NCBI GenBank assembly: GCA_030649345.1
Contig: JAUSKK010000038.1
Coordinates: forward strand, 1-32,000
Length of the DNA: 32,000 nucleotides
Direction of reading: 5' to 3'
From: Candidatus Iainarchaeum sp.
Lineage (GTDB): Archaea; Iainarchaeota; Iainarchaeia; Iainarchaeales; 0-14-0-20-34-12
Shown: positions 8,868 through 17,492 of the stretch, one piece after another
Layout of the letters: the number at the start of each line of letters is the position of its first letter
Position numbering within the stretch: position 1 is the stretch's first letter
Notes under the pieces: generated by a model
Databases searched by the model: none
Told to the model about the DNA's origin: nothing
Seen by the model: the letters and a program-made list of their open reading frames with translations, nothing else
Position numbers and translations under genes: made by a program

Positions 8868-9563
8868 TTAATAACTGAATGGATTGTGAATGATTCCTTC
8901 TCTGCGAAGTAAGTTCATTAGTGTTTTAGGTAATTGTTTTCGCACTGTTTGCCCGCAAGGATAATATTTGAACATTGCTTCAAAAAATTGCTGAATTCTA
9001 GGTACTTGATATCCTAAGCTATCTAATGTTTCAGCCCACCATTTCCAGTCTTCTTTGAATGCAGTGCGTATGCTTTCAGGTGATTTCCAGTCTAGTTCTG
9101 GGTGTTTTTTAGCTAGTTTAAAGTCAATTAAAGTTGGTTTAAACTGGCTGTCAATTACAATATTTCGATCGTGTGGATGCCCATGGCTTATTCTTAGTGC
9201 GTGTGCTTTCCCTAAACTATTGGTTATTAGAGTGGCAATGCTGGCTCTTATTCTTTTGTTAGGGTGTTTTTTGATTAATTCTTTTAATTCTTGTAACATC
9301 CAGCCTTCTCGTTTGAATACTGCAATTTCTCCTGTATGCAGGATGGGCACTTCAACTCGTACTCTTGCTTTTGCAAGTTTTTGAATAATTTCCAATTCTT
9401 TTCTTGAAACTCCTTGTTTTACTAAAACTCGTTTAAGTTTTCCGCCTATTTTTGGGTGAAATTCAATTAAACGAGTTCTTGTTCCAACTTGTTTTCCAGT
9501 ATGCGTGGTTACTTGAGGACGAACATAAGGTCTTCGTTCAATGGGTCTTTTTTGCATATGCAT
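8868..9563 (-). CDS. small atypical protein kinase-like protein (Bud32/RIO/Kdo-kinase-like)
   Basis: The 231-aa ORF has ISHGHPHDRNIVID, which resembles the HGDLxxxN catalytic loop, followed by LIDFKLA, which resembles DFG. An alternative ATG at 9557 has better AGGAG spacing. Confidence 0.5.
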   Translation of the reverse strand: MHMQKRPIERRPYVRPQVTTHTGKQVGTRTRLIEFHPKIGGKLKRVLVKQGVSRKELEIIQKLAKARVRVEVPILHTGEIAVFKREGWMLQELKELIKKHPNKRIRASIATLITNSLGKAHALRISHGHPHDRNIVIDSQFKPTLIDFKLAKKHPELDWKSPESIRTAFKEDWKWWAETLDSLGYQVPRIQQFFEAMFKYYPCGQTVRKQLPKTLMNLLRREGIIHNPFSY

Positions 9564-9598
9564 TCTCCTTTAAATTAATTACAGTATTTGATTTATTT

Positions 9599-10414
9599 AT
9601 GCGTATTGGTTTATTGGGCACAGGGAACATGGGCGGAGCAATCTTGAAATCGATTGTTGAATCCAATCAATTTAACAAAAAAGACTTGTTTGCTTTTGAT
9701 GTCAATTCTGAAAAATTAAACAAATTTTGTTCTGATTTAAAAATTCAGGCTTGTACTTCTGCGATTGATTTAGTGAAAAATTCAGATGTAATTATTTTGG
9801 CTTGCAAGCCCCAGCAAATGCCTGTTGTTTGTTCTGAAATTTCTGCTGTTATTTCTTCGAATCATTTAGTGATTTCCATTGCTGCAGGAATTCCTTTAAA
9901 GTTTTTTGAAGAAAAATTAAATAAAGCAAGAATTATTCGAGTGATGCCGAATATGCCTTTATTGGTACGTGCAGGAATGACTGTTTTTAGTTTAGGCAAA
10001 AATACAAATTCGGAAGACAAAAAATTAATTGAAGAAATTTTTAGTTTAACTGGAACTGTCTTAGAAGTTTCCGAAGAAAAAATTGGAATTGCCAGTATTG
10101 CATTTTCGTGCATGCCTGGCTGGACTGCGTATTTTATGGATGCATTTATTCAAGCTTGTAAAAAACAAGGTTTAAGTGAAGAACAAGCTCAAATCATGAT
10201 TGCTCAAGCTTTTTTAGGTTCCGGAAAATATGTTTTGGAAACCAAAACCAAGCCAGCAGATTTAGTCAAACAAGTGGCTTCTCCAGGCGGAATTACGCAA
10301 CAAGGCTTGGAAGTATTTGATTCAGTTCAACTACAGAAAATCTTAGAACAAGCAGTCGAACGCGGAATGAAAAGAACCCAAGAATTAGCCCAAGGTGTTG
10401 AACAAACAAAATGA
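9599..10414 (+). CDS. proC: pyrroline-5-carboxylate reductase
   Basis: The start was trimmed to ATG 9599; the ORF-track start at 9452 is TTG and overlaps the upstream gene. MRIGLLGTGNMGGAI is a Rossmann motif and SPGGITQQGL is the P5CR signature. A TTTAAATTAATT box lies about 25 nt upstream. Confidence 0.85.
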   Translation: MRIGLLGTGNMGGAILKSIVESNQFNKKDLFAFDVNSEKLNKFCSDLKIQACTSAIDLVKNSDVIILACKPQQMPVVCSEISAVISSNHLVISIAAGIPLKFFEEKLNKARIIRVMPNMPLLVRAGMTVFSLGKNTNSEDKKLIEEIFSLTGTVLEVSEEKIGIASIAFSCMPGWTAYFMDAFIQACKKQGLSEEQAQIMIAQAFLGSGKYVLETKTKPADLVKQVASPGGITQQGLEVFDSVQLQKILEQAVERGMKRTQELAQGVEQTK

Positions 10415-10460
10415 TATTTTGAATTGTGTTGTTCGTATTGAGTAGTATTCAACACCTTGG
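10390..10460 (+). repeat. about 70-bp inverted-repeat element, copy A
   Basis: A perfect 13-bp inverted repeat is formed by CCAAGGTGTTGAA (10390-10402) and TTCAACACCTTGG (10448-10460). The termini CAAGGTGYTGAACAAAYAA and TAGTATTCAACAYCTTGG are shared with the copies at 28146-28284. The left arm lies inside the last 8 codons of proC. Confidence 0.65.
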
Positions 10461-10475
10461 CGGAACAAGCAAAAT

Positions 10476-10483
10476 AATTTATT
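10476..10483 (+). promoter_or_regulatory. putative TATA box (AATTTATT) of paralog P1
   Basis: The box centre is about 25 nt upstream of ATG 10505, which implies a leaderless or near-leaderless mRNA. Confidence 0.4.
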
Positions 10484-10504
10484 CTCTTAAACACTAATTT
10501 TATA

Positions 10505-11392
10505 ATGCCTGGAAAAGGAAAGTCTCAGTCTGCTGTTACGCGGTCAAAAATTAGCTTGGCTAGAAAAGCTCTTCTTGCAAAGAATCGACCTGCTTTGATT
10601 CGCAGAAATCGTCAATTGGCTGTCGAAAGATTGCGTGCACTTTTAGCCAATCATGAATCCATTAATTCAAGATATATTCGAGATCGTCATCCTCGTTTAT
10701 ATGATTTAATCCGTAGGGCTTTTGGTTCTCATGAACAAGCTGTAGTAAAAGGTTTGAAAATGGATTATGATCAAGTTCGTGTTTCTGTTGATGAAAGATC
10801 TAAACGTGTGCGTGCTGGCTGGAAAAAACAATGGAGTGAAGCAGACTTAAAAAAACGCAGAAAAATAATGCATGCTTTAAGACGCAGAAGACGAATTGTC
10901 AATCGTTTGCAAAATATTTCTTTTATTTCAAAACTTTTAGAATTGCGTTTACAAGGCTGGCATCATTCCCTGGTTGCAAAACGCTTGAATATTGCTGAAA
11001 AAACTTGGCAAATTTGGTCTAGTCGAGTTATTCATACAGTTTCTCCAGAATTGCGAGAACACTGGAAAGCCATTGCTCGAGCAATTCAATACGAAAAAAT
11101 TACAAGCATTTTAAATGGAAGCCCAGCTGTTTCATGGAATGAAGCTCAAGCTATTGCTGCAAAATTTAAAAAAACTGAATTGAAAAAATTTTCAGAAAAT
11201 AGAAGAAAAATTTACAGATTGGCATTGACTGGAAAATCAATACCTGAACTTGCTGGTGAATTAAATGTTTCTGAAAAAGAAGCTGTGGCTTTGGTAAATA
11301 TGCTGTCCTTTGAGCAATCTGAAAAAATCAAAAAAAAGTGGTTAAGGCAGTCCTTGGAACGTGTTCGAGCTGAACGGACAGTTCAACCATAA
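10505..11392 (+). CDS. basic double-HTH paralog P1
   Basis: This 295-aa protein is Lys/Arg-rich. Its helical module is RHPRLYDLIRRAFGSHEQAVVKGLKMDY. HTH-1 is LRLQGWHHSLVAKRLNIAEKT and HTH-2 is LALTGKSIPELAGELNVSEKEAVALV. Confidence 0.8.
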   Translation: MPGKGKSQSAVTRSKISLARKALLAKNRPALIRRNRQLAVERLRALLANHESINSRYIRDRHPRLYDLIRRAFGSHEQAVVKGLKMDYDQVRVSVDERSKRVRAGWKKQWSEADLKKRRKIMHALRRRRRIVNRLQNISFISKLLELRLQGWHHSLVAKRLNIAEKTWQIWSSRVIHTVSPELREHWKAIARAIQYEKITSILNGSPAVSWNEAQAIAAKFKKTELKKFSENRRKIYRLALTGKSIPELAGELNVSEKEAVALVNMLSFEQSEKIKKKWLRQSLERVRAERTVQP

Positions 11393-11393
11393 C

Positions 11394-11403
11394 AATTTAT
11401 TTT
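11394..11403 (+). promoter_or_regulatory. putative TATA box (AATTTATTTT) of paralog P2
   Basis: The box centre is about 25 nt upstream of ATG 11423. The decamer is identical to the one at 13231-13240. Confidence 0.4.
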
Positions 11404-11422
11404 ACTTGAACATTATTCTAAT

Positions 11423-12331
11423 ATGCCTATTCGTGGAAAACTCAATCGGCCTCCTTTGTCTGCTGAAGCCAGAGCTAGAATTGGTTTAAAACAAAAAAGG
11501 TATTGGAACAAAAATAGGTCAGCTTTAACTCGAAAAAGAAGAATAAAAGCAGTAACTGCTTTGAACGAATTGCAGGCTAAAGGTTTACCTTTAAATCCAA
11601 GATTTTTGCTTGCTCATTTTCCAAAAGTTTACAATTTGGCTCGCGGTGCCTTTAAAACTTATCAGAAAGCCATCGAAAAAGGTTTGGGTTTAAAGTATGC
11701 TGAAGTTAGTTTTCAAGGAGAAAAAAAATCAAAAGTTTCCAGTGAAGCTTCCAAACGTCAATGGGCAGAACGTGCTCTTCCTGAAAAAAGAAAAAGAATC
11801 CGTTTATGGACAGCCGCACGCGAAATAACTTTACGCAAACGAACCATTGCTCGCAGAGCCAAAGTATTAAGTTATCGTTTGCGTGGATTTTCAACGGATT
11901 GGCTTGCAGAAAAGTTTGGAGTAGAACGAGTTACAATTGTGCGTGATATTTTATTTTTAAGAAATACTTTAAAACCTGAAGTACAAACTGCGTTAGCTCA
12001 ATTAAATGATTTTTTTATCCGAAATCCAAACGCAAAAAAAGCAAACGGAACTTTTATTGTTTCACCTGAAACAGCCAGCAGTACTGGCATTGAATTTCGC
12101 AGAAAAGAATTGCAAAAATTAAAATTAATTCCAAAAGAAATAGCTAAACTGGCTTTGACCGGAAAAACAAATCCAGAAATTGCTCAAGTCTTAAATTTGA
12201 CTGAAAAAGAAGTTGCTCAAATGATTGGTTGGCTTCCGGAAAAACAATTTAAAAAAATTAGTTTACTTAGATTAAGAACTGCATTTACTGCTTGGAAAGC
12301 CAAACAAACAGGAGCTGTAAAAAATGCCTGA
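11423..12331 (+). CDS. basic double-HTH paralog P2
   Basis: This 302-aa protein has a NUMOD3-like PPLSAEARARIGLKQKRYW motif and the module FPKVYNLARGAFKTYQKAIEKGLGLKY. HTH-1 is YRLRGFSTDWLAEKFGVERVTIVRDI and HTH-2 is LALTGKTNPEIAQVLNLTEKEVAQMI. Confidence 0.8.
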   Translation: MPIRGKLNRPPLSAEARARIGLKQKRYWNKNRSALTRKRRIKAVTALNELQAKGLPLNPRFLLAHFPKVYNLARGAFKTYQKAIEKGLGLKYAEVSFQGEKKSKVSSEASKRQWAERALPEKRKRIRLWTAAREITLRKRTIARRAKVLSYRLRGFSTDWLAEKFGVERVTIVRDILFLRNTLKPEVQTALAQLNDFFIRNPNAKKANGTFIVSPETASSTGIEFRRKELQKLKLIPKEIAKLALTGKTNPEIAQVLNLTEKEVAQMIGWLPEKQFKKISLLRLRTAFTAWKAKQTGAVKNA

Positions 12332-13232
12332 ATTGAGAACCGCTTTTGTGATTTCTAAAACTAAACGAAAAGGCCATACTATTTCTCCTGAAACTAAAGA
12401 AAAAATCCGGCAAAAACGTTTGGCTTATTTTAAGCGTGCTGGGACACGTTTGCGTGCAGCCAAGAAAGCTCGCTTGTTAGCTGAATTTAAAGAAATTCAA
12501 AAACATGGTGAACCCATTAATGTGGCGCAAATGCATAAAAAACACAGGGCTGTTTATCAGCGAGCAGTTGCTTTTTCTGGTTCGTATGAAAAATTTGTAG
12601 AACAAGTTTTAGGCTTAAAATATTCGGATGTACAAATTTCTCAAGATACTATGATTGCGCGAAACAGAGAGCAGGCTCAAAAACAAGTGGCTGCCCGAAC
12701 TCCTGGAGAACAAATTAAAAAACGCAGAGAATTAATTCGCGGAAGATATTGGACTCAACAAAAAATACATATTCGAGTTTTGCGTTCTGTTCTTGCTTTG
12801 CGTTTACAAGGGCATTCTTTGGCCAGCATGGGTGATCGTTTAGGTTACAAATTGAAAACTGTTTCTCAATTCTTAACTGAACTATATCCTTTGGTCCCCC
12901 AAGAAGTTCACGACCGTTTAATTGAAATCCGAACTGCTTTTCTGCGAGTAAATAATGTACGCAAACTGGGTAAAGGTCCAGTATTGGCTGGCCCTGAAGC
13001 TGCTCAAATTGCCAGTGCTTTTGGAAGCGATTTAATCAAAACGTTTAATGAAAATTATGCTAAAGTAAAAGACTTAAGCTTGCAAGGCATTTGGCCGGAT
13101 GAAATTTCCAGACAAACAGGACTGCCTCAAGAGACTGTTGTACGCTTGACTAAAATGTTTCCAGAAAAGGTTCACAAGCGTTCTGTAAAAGCTAAATTTG
13201 CCAAATTTGTACGCCCTTTGAAAAGAAAGTAA
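12324..13232 (+). CDS. basic double-HTH paralog P3
   Basis: This 302-aa protein starts 8 nt inside the P2 reading frame (ATGCCTGA overlap). It has a NUMOD3-like KGHTISPETKEKIRQKRLAYF motif and the module FSGSYEKFVEQVLGLKY. HTH-1 is LRLQGHSLASMGDRLGYKLKTVSQFL and HTH-2 is LSLQGIWPDEISRQTGLPQETVVRL. Confidence 0.8.
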   Translation: MPELRTAFVISKTKRKGHTISPETKEKIRQKRLAYFKRAGTRLRAAKKARLLAEFKEIQKHGEPINVAQMHKKHRAVYQRAVAFSGSYEKFVEQVLGLKYSDVQISQDTMIARNREQAQKQVAARTPGEQIKKRRELIRGRYWTQQKIHIRVLRSVLALRLQGHSLASMGDRLGYKLKTVSQFLTELYPLVPQEVHDRLIEIRTAFLRVNNVRKLGKGPVLAGPEAAQIASAFGSDLIKTFNENYAKVKDLSLQGIWPDEISRQTGLPQETVVRLTKMFPEKVHKRSVKAKFAKFVRPLKRK

Positions 13233-13240
13233 TTTATTTT
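13231..13240 (+). promoter_or_regulatory. putative TATA box (AATTTATTTT) of paralog P4
   Basis: The box centre is about 25 nt upstream of ATG 13260. Confidence 0.4.
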
Positions 13241-13259
13241 CAAATTCTCTATTTATTAT

Positions 13260-14096
13260 ATGCAGCCCAAACTAAGCAGAGCTAATTTAGTTAAACCACC
13301 GGTTACTCGAAAGTCTCAAAATCGCAGGCCTAAGCTAATGGAGCGCTTGAAAGCTTTACATGGAAAAATTCCATTAAATCCTACTGCCATTATGAAAAGT
13401 CATCCAGGTTTGTATCGTTTATTGTGTGCAGAATTTGGAACCTATGGTAATGCTGTAGAATCTGCTTTAGGTATTCCTTATGAAAAAGTTCGTTTAAATA
13501 AACAAGAAATTGAACGAAGACAAAAAGATGCCGGTAACAGAAAGCGTGCCAGAATGTCGGATAAAGAAAAAAGCGTGCAGATTTATGATTTAATTCGAAA
13601 CAGAAGATTGGCTATGCGCAGGCATGTAATTGGCCAGCAAGCCAAAGTTTTAAGTTTGCGCTTGCAAGGATATCCTGTGCGAGTGATCCAAGAATTTTTA
13701 GGAGTGCAAAAATTAGCTGTCACAAAACGCGGCGGAGAATTGCGAAAAATTTTACCCCAAGCACTTGTGGAACGCTTAAAACAAATAGAATTGGCCAGAC
13801 GTTCAGTTGAAGAAAAAGATAAGCTGGAAGGATCGCTTGTTTTTTCTAAACCGGATGCTGAAAAAATTGCTGGCAATTTTCAAAAAACTGAATGGAAAAA
13901 ATTCAATAGTGTATTAAAACAAATTTATGAGAAAAGATTGACTGGAAAAACAAACAGTGAAATTGCTGTTGAATTAAATATTCCGGAAAAAAATATTGTT
14001 TCATTTACCCGATTGCTTTCAGTTACCCAATTCAGAGAAATTCGCATACTTGAACTTAAACAAGTCAAAGAACGGGTGTGGCGTAAAGGGAAATAG
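13260..14096 (+). CDS. basic double-HTH paralog P4
   Basis: This 278-aa protein has the module HPGLYRLLCAEFGTYGNAVESALGIPY. HTH-1 is LRLQGYPVRVIQEFLGVQKLAVTKR and HTH-2 is RLTGKTNSEIAVELNIPEKNIVSF. It has no clear N-terminal NUMOD3-like motif. Confidence 0.8.
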   Translation: MQPKLSRANLVKPPVTRKSQNRRPKLMERLKALHGKIPLNPTAIMKSHPGLYRLLCAEFGTYGNAVESALGIPYEKVRLNKQEIERRQKDAGNRKRARMSDKEKSVQIYDLIRNRRLAMRRHVIGQQAKVLSLRLQGYPVRVIQEFLGVQKLAVTKRGGELRKILPQALVERLKQIELARRSVEEKDKLEGSLVFSKPDAEKIAGNFQKTEWKKFNSVLKQIYEKRLTGKTNSEIAVELNIPEKNIVSFTRLLSVTQFREIRILELKQVKERVWRKGK

Positions 14097-14127
14097 TTTA
14101 ATACTGGTTTAGAATACCTTTCTATGT

Positions 14128-15048
14128 ATGCTGGAATTACGCAAACCATTGGTTATAGAAAAACGTGCTCGCAAAGGAACTCCTTTAAGTGAAGAAGCCA
14201 AACGAAAAATTAGTGCAGCGCGAAAAAGATGGTTGGCTGAAAATTCAGGGCGTTTAAGAAAAGAATCCCGAGCTCGAGTTGTAAAAGAATTGCAAGCTTT
14301 AAGAACACGCAATGAAGCCATTAATTACGAATACATTCGAAAACGATATCCTAAATTAGGTAGATCTGCAAGGCATGCTTTTGGAACTTATGAAAAAGCC
14401 ATTACCGAAGGCTTGGGATTATCATACGATCAAGTAAAAGTTTCTGAAGAAAAACGCGTTCAGCGCGTTCAAAAAGGTTCTGCAAAATATTGGGAAAAAT
14501 TTGATACTCCAGGTTCCAGAAGACGAAGAACCCATGCATGGATTTCCAGCGGATATTTAGCTAGTAAAAAAACCCAATTTCGAAGAATGGCTGAAATTTT
14601 AAGTCTGCGCTTGCAAGGATTTCAAACTCGAACAATTGCTCAACAACTGAAAGTTCATCCAAATGAAGTTCATCGCAGAATTAATCAAATTCGTGCTGTT
14701 GCAGTTCCTGAATTAGCTGAACAATTATTATTGATTCAACGGAGACTCAAAAATCAACAACGTTTACCGCAAATTGATGGAGCACAAATTCTTTCTCGCG
14801 ATTCCGCCAATCAATTTGCGCGAGAATTTCAAAAAACTCAATTGAAAAAGTTTAATGAAGATCGAAAGCAAGCAGGAAAATTGGCTTTGCAAGGAAAAAC
14901 AAATTTAGAAATTGGCATTGCTTTAGGTTTGCCGTCCGAAGAAGTTCAAATTTATTTAAAATCTTTGCCAATTCAAATACTTGAAAAAATTCGAATTTTA
15001 AAACTAAGGCAAGCTCTGATGAGAACAAAAGCAGTTCGAGGCCAATAA
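14128..15048 (+). CDS. basic double-HTH paralog P5
   Basis: This 306-aa protein has a NUMOD3-like RKGTPLSEEAKRKISAARKRW motif and the module YPKLGRSARHAFGTYEKAITEGLGLSY. HTH-1 is LRLQGFQTRTIAQQLKVHPNEVHRRI and HTH-2 is LALQGKTNLEIGIALGLPSEEVQIYL. Confidence 0.8.
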   Translation: MLELRKPLVIEKRARKGTPLSEEAKRKISAARKRWLAENSGRLRKESRARVVKELQALRTRNEAINYEYIRKRYPKLGRSARHAFGTYEKAITEGLGLSYDQVKVSEEKRVQRVQKGSAKYWEKFDTPGSRRRRTHAWISSGYLASKKTQFRRMAEILSLRLQGFQTRTIAQQLKVHPNEVHRRINQIRAVAVPELAEQLLLIQRRLKNQQRLPQIDGAQILSRDSANQFAREFQKTQLKKFNEDRKQAGKLALQGKTNLEIGIALGLPSEEVQIYLKSLPIQILEKIRILKLRQALMRTKAVRGQ

Positions 15049-16191
15049 ATGCCGAATTTTGCTGCAGTTCAAAAAAGAAAAGGGGTGCGTCCTTCTTTAA
15101 GTGCGCGGAAAAAATTACGTGAAGCAAAATTAAGATATTATGAACAAAATCGTACGCGAATTCGACAGCAAACTCGAAAGAATTTGGTTTCTGGATTTCG
15201 TTCATTAATTCAGGCAAAAGTTCCATTGAATTCAACAAATATTAGTCAAAATCATGCTGCTTTGTATGTTAAAGCCAGAAGATATTCTGGAACATATCAA
15301 AGATTTGTAGAAGAAGTTCTAGGGTTGAAATACGAGGCCATTCAAATTTCTAAAGAAAAACAAGGACAACGCAGAGAACAGCATCGCGTAAAAGTTGGAA
15401 AAAATTTGAAAAAAGAATTTCGAAAACTTTTGGCTGGAGATAATTCTAAACTAATTATGCATGTATTGAATCCGGCATATATGCGGGATCATTACAGAAA
15501 TTTGTATCAAGCTGCGTTAAGATATTCTGGAACGTACCAAAAATTTATTGAACAAGAGCTTGGCTTAAAGTACTCAGAGGTTTTATTGTCTCCGGAAGAA
15601 GCTAAACGAAGAATCTCTCAAGGCGGAAAAAATCGCTGGGCTAATGTTTCTTCGGATGAAAAACGTATATCTCAACGTACACTAAATCGCAAGCGTAGAT
15701 TTTCGCTGAAGAAAAAATACAGAAACAATCTTGCTCTTGCAGTGAGTTATCGTTTGCAAGGGCATAGTACAAATCGCATATCGCGGCGTTTAGGCAAAAA
15801 AGATGAAACCATTCGAAGATATTTGCTGGAAGCTAAAAAATATTTAGAACCTTCCGTCATTGAACAATTGGATGACATTCAATTCGAACTTCGAAATTCT
15901 TCTGTAGCCAGTGCAATTTCTTCTGAAAAAGCACGAACAATTGCTGTTCAAGTACGCAAAAAAATGCAGCAAGAATTAAATCAACAAATTCGTGCTGTTG
16001 GTGAGTTAGGTTTGCAAGGATTATTCCCTGAAAAAATTGCTGAACGTATGAATCTTCCCTTTGATGAGGTTAAAACTTTGCTGGGTCTGCAGTCGGAAAG
16101 TATGCATAAACGCATTTTAAGAGCTTGTTTTACTTTAGTTAAAGCTCGTGTTCAAGCTCAAAGACAATCAATTTTGCCTGCAACTACATAG
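15049..16191 (+). CDS. basic double-HTH paralog P6 (with duplicated helical module)
   Basis: This 380-aa protein has its ATG directly abutting the P5 stop (TAAATG). It has a NUMOD3-like KGVRPSLSARKKLREAKLRYY motif. Two copies of the RYSGTYQ[RK]F[VI]E..LGLKY module lie exactly 80 aa apart. HTH-1 is YRLQGHSTNRISRRLGKKDETIRRYL and HTH-2 is LGLQGLFPEKIAERMNLPFDEVKTLL. Confidence 0.8.
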   Translation: MPNFAAVQKRKGVRPSLSARKKLREAKLRYYEQNRTRIRQQTRKNLVSGFRSLIQAKVPLNSTNISQNHAALYVKARRYSGTYQRFVEEVLGLKYEAIQISKEKQGQRREQHRVKVGKNLKKEFRKLLAGDNSKLIMHVLNPAYMRDHYRNLYQAALRYSGTYQKFIEQELGLKYSEVLLSPEEAKRRISQGGKNRWANVSSDEKRISQRTLNRKRRFSLKKKYRNNLALAVSYRLQGHSTNRISRRLGKKDETIRRYLLEAKKYLEPSVIEQLDDIQFELRNSSVASAISSEKARTIAVQVRKKMQQELNQQIRAVGELGLQGLFPEKIAERMNLPFDEVKTLLGLQSESMHKRILRACFTLVKARVQAQRQSILPATT

Positions 16192-16244
16192 CCTATGCAT
16201 TAAATATTTTTGGTTAACTAATTAATTAGATTTTAGGTAATTTC

Positions 16245-17486
16245 ATGTCTTTGAAAGCAAATTTTATTCAAGCTAAAAAAGCAAGCCAAATTTTAGCTCA
16301 AGCTAGCACAAAACAAAAAAACTTGGTTTTAAAAATTTTAGCTCAAGAACTCAAAAAACAAACAAAAGAAATTTTGAAAGCCAACCAACAAGATTTACTT
16401 GCTGGAAAAAAAATTGGACTGAATGAAGCTTTTTTAGATCGACTTGAATTAAACAAAAATCGAATTAATGGAATCATTGAATCTGTGCAGCAAGTTCAAA
16501 AATTATCTGATCCAGTTAATCAAGTTTTGGAAAAAAGAATTTTATACAATGGCTTAAAATTGAAAAAAGTTTCTGTTCCCTTTGGAGTGATTGGAGTAAT
16601 TTATGAATCTAGGCCGAATGTTACAATTGATGTTGCCATTTTGTGTTTGAAGTCAGGTAATGCTTGCTTATTGAAAGGCGGGCCGGAAGCAAACTATTCC
16701 AATCAAGCTTTAACCAAAATTATTCAAACTGCTTTACGTAAAGCAAAATTGCCTGTGCCTGCAGTTCAGTCTTTGAATCCTGAAAAGAAAACTGTTGCAG
16801 AATTACTGCAAGCAAAACAATTTGTGGATTTAATTATTCCAAGAGGCGGGCCTGGCTTAATTAAATTTGTGGAAGAAAATTCTAAAATTCCTTTTTTGGC
16901 TGCAGGTGCAGGAATTTGTCATATATTTGTAGATGATTCTGCAGATTTAAAGAATGCTGTTGAAATTGTATTCAATGCCAAATGTCAAAGGCCATCAGTA
17001 TGCAATGCTATTGAATGTGTAATTGTGCATGAAAAAATTGCTGGCAAATTTTTGCCTTTAATGGAACAAAAATTATTGGAAAAAACAACTGAATTGCTTG
17101 CAGATAAAAAATCTTTAAAATTTTTGAAAACAGGGGCCCTTGCTCAAGCAAAAGATTTTGATACTGAATTTTTGGATTACAAAATGGCAGTCAAAACAGT
17201 TCAAGATTATCAAGAAGCCATTGAGTTCATTAACCAACATGGCACCAAGCATTCGGAAAGTATTTTGTCCAAAAATAAAAAACATATTCAAGCATTTTTA
17301 CGGCAAGTAGATTCTGCGGCAGTGTATGCTAATTCCAGTACTCGTTTTACGGATGGTTTTGAATTTGGCTTGGGTGCAGAAATTGGAATTTCTACTTCTA
17401 AGTTTCATGCCCGGGGTCCAATGGCTTTGAAAGAATTAACTACGTACAAATATGTGATTGAAGGAAAAGGGCAAATTCGAAATTGA
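16245..17486 (+). CDS. proA: gamma-glutamyl phosphate reductase
   Basis: The 413-aa ORF has an aldehyde-dehydrogenase-type fold, with the YESRPNVT motif and the catalytic-Cys context RPSVCNAIECVIVH. The length is typical of ProA. Confidence 0.9.
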   Translation: MSLKANFIQAKKASQILAQASTKQKNLVLKILAQELKKQTKEILKANQQDLLAGKKIGLNEAFLDRLELNKNRINGIIESVQQVQKLSDPVNQVLEKRILYNGLKLKKVSVPFGVIGVIYESRPNVTIDVAILCLKSGNACLLKGGPEANYSNQALTKIIQTALRKAKLPVPAVQSLNPEKKTVAELLQAKQFVDLIIPRGGPGLIKFVEENSKIPFLAAGAGICHIFVDDSADLKNAVEIVFNAKCQRPSVCNAIECVIVHEKIAGKFLPLMEQKLLEKTTELLADKKSLKFLKTGALAQAKDFDTEFLDYKMAVKTVQDYQEAIEFINQHGTKHSESILSKNKKHIQAFLRQVDSAAVYANSSTRFTDGFEFGLGAEIGISTSKFHARGPMALKELTTYKYVIEGKGQIRN

Positions 17487-17492
17487 TTCTAA

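Noticed and set aside
9452-9598. N-terminal extension of proC in the ORF track; the same issue affects 3206-3235, 25111-25203, 28110-28160 and 28242-28325
   Set aside because: These extensions start at TTG or GTG. They overlap neighbouring genes, promoters or repeats and add non-conserved hydrophobic sequence. Internal start codons (ATG, except GTG 25204 for the MazG-like gene) preceded by TATA-like boxes give canonical N-termini.
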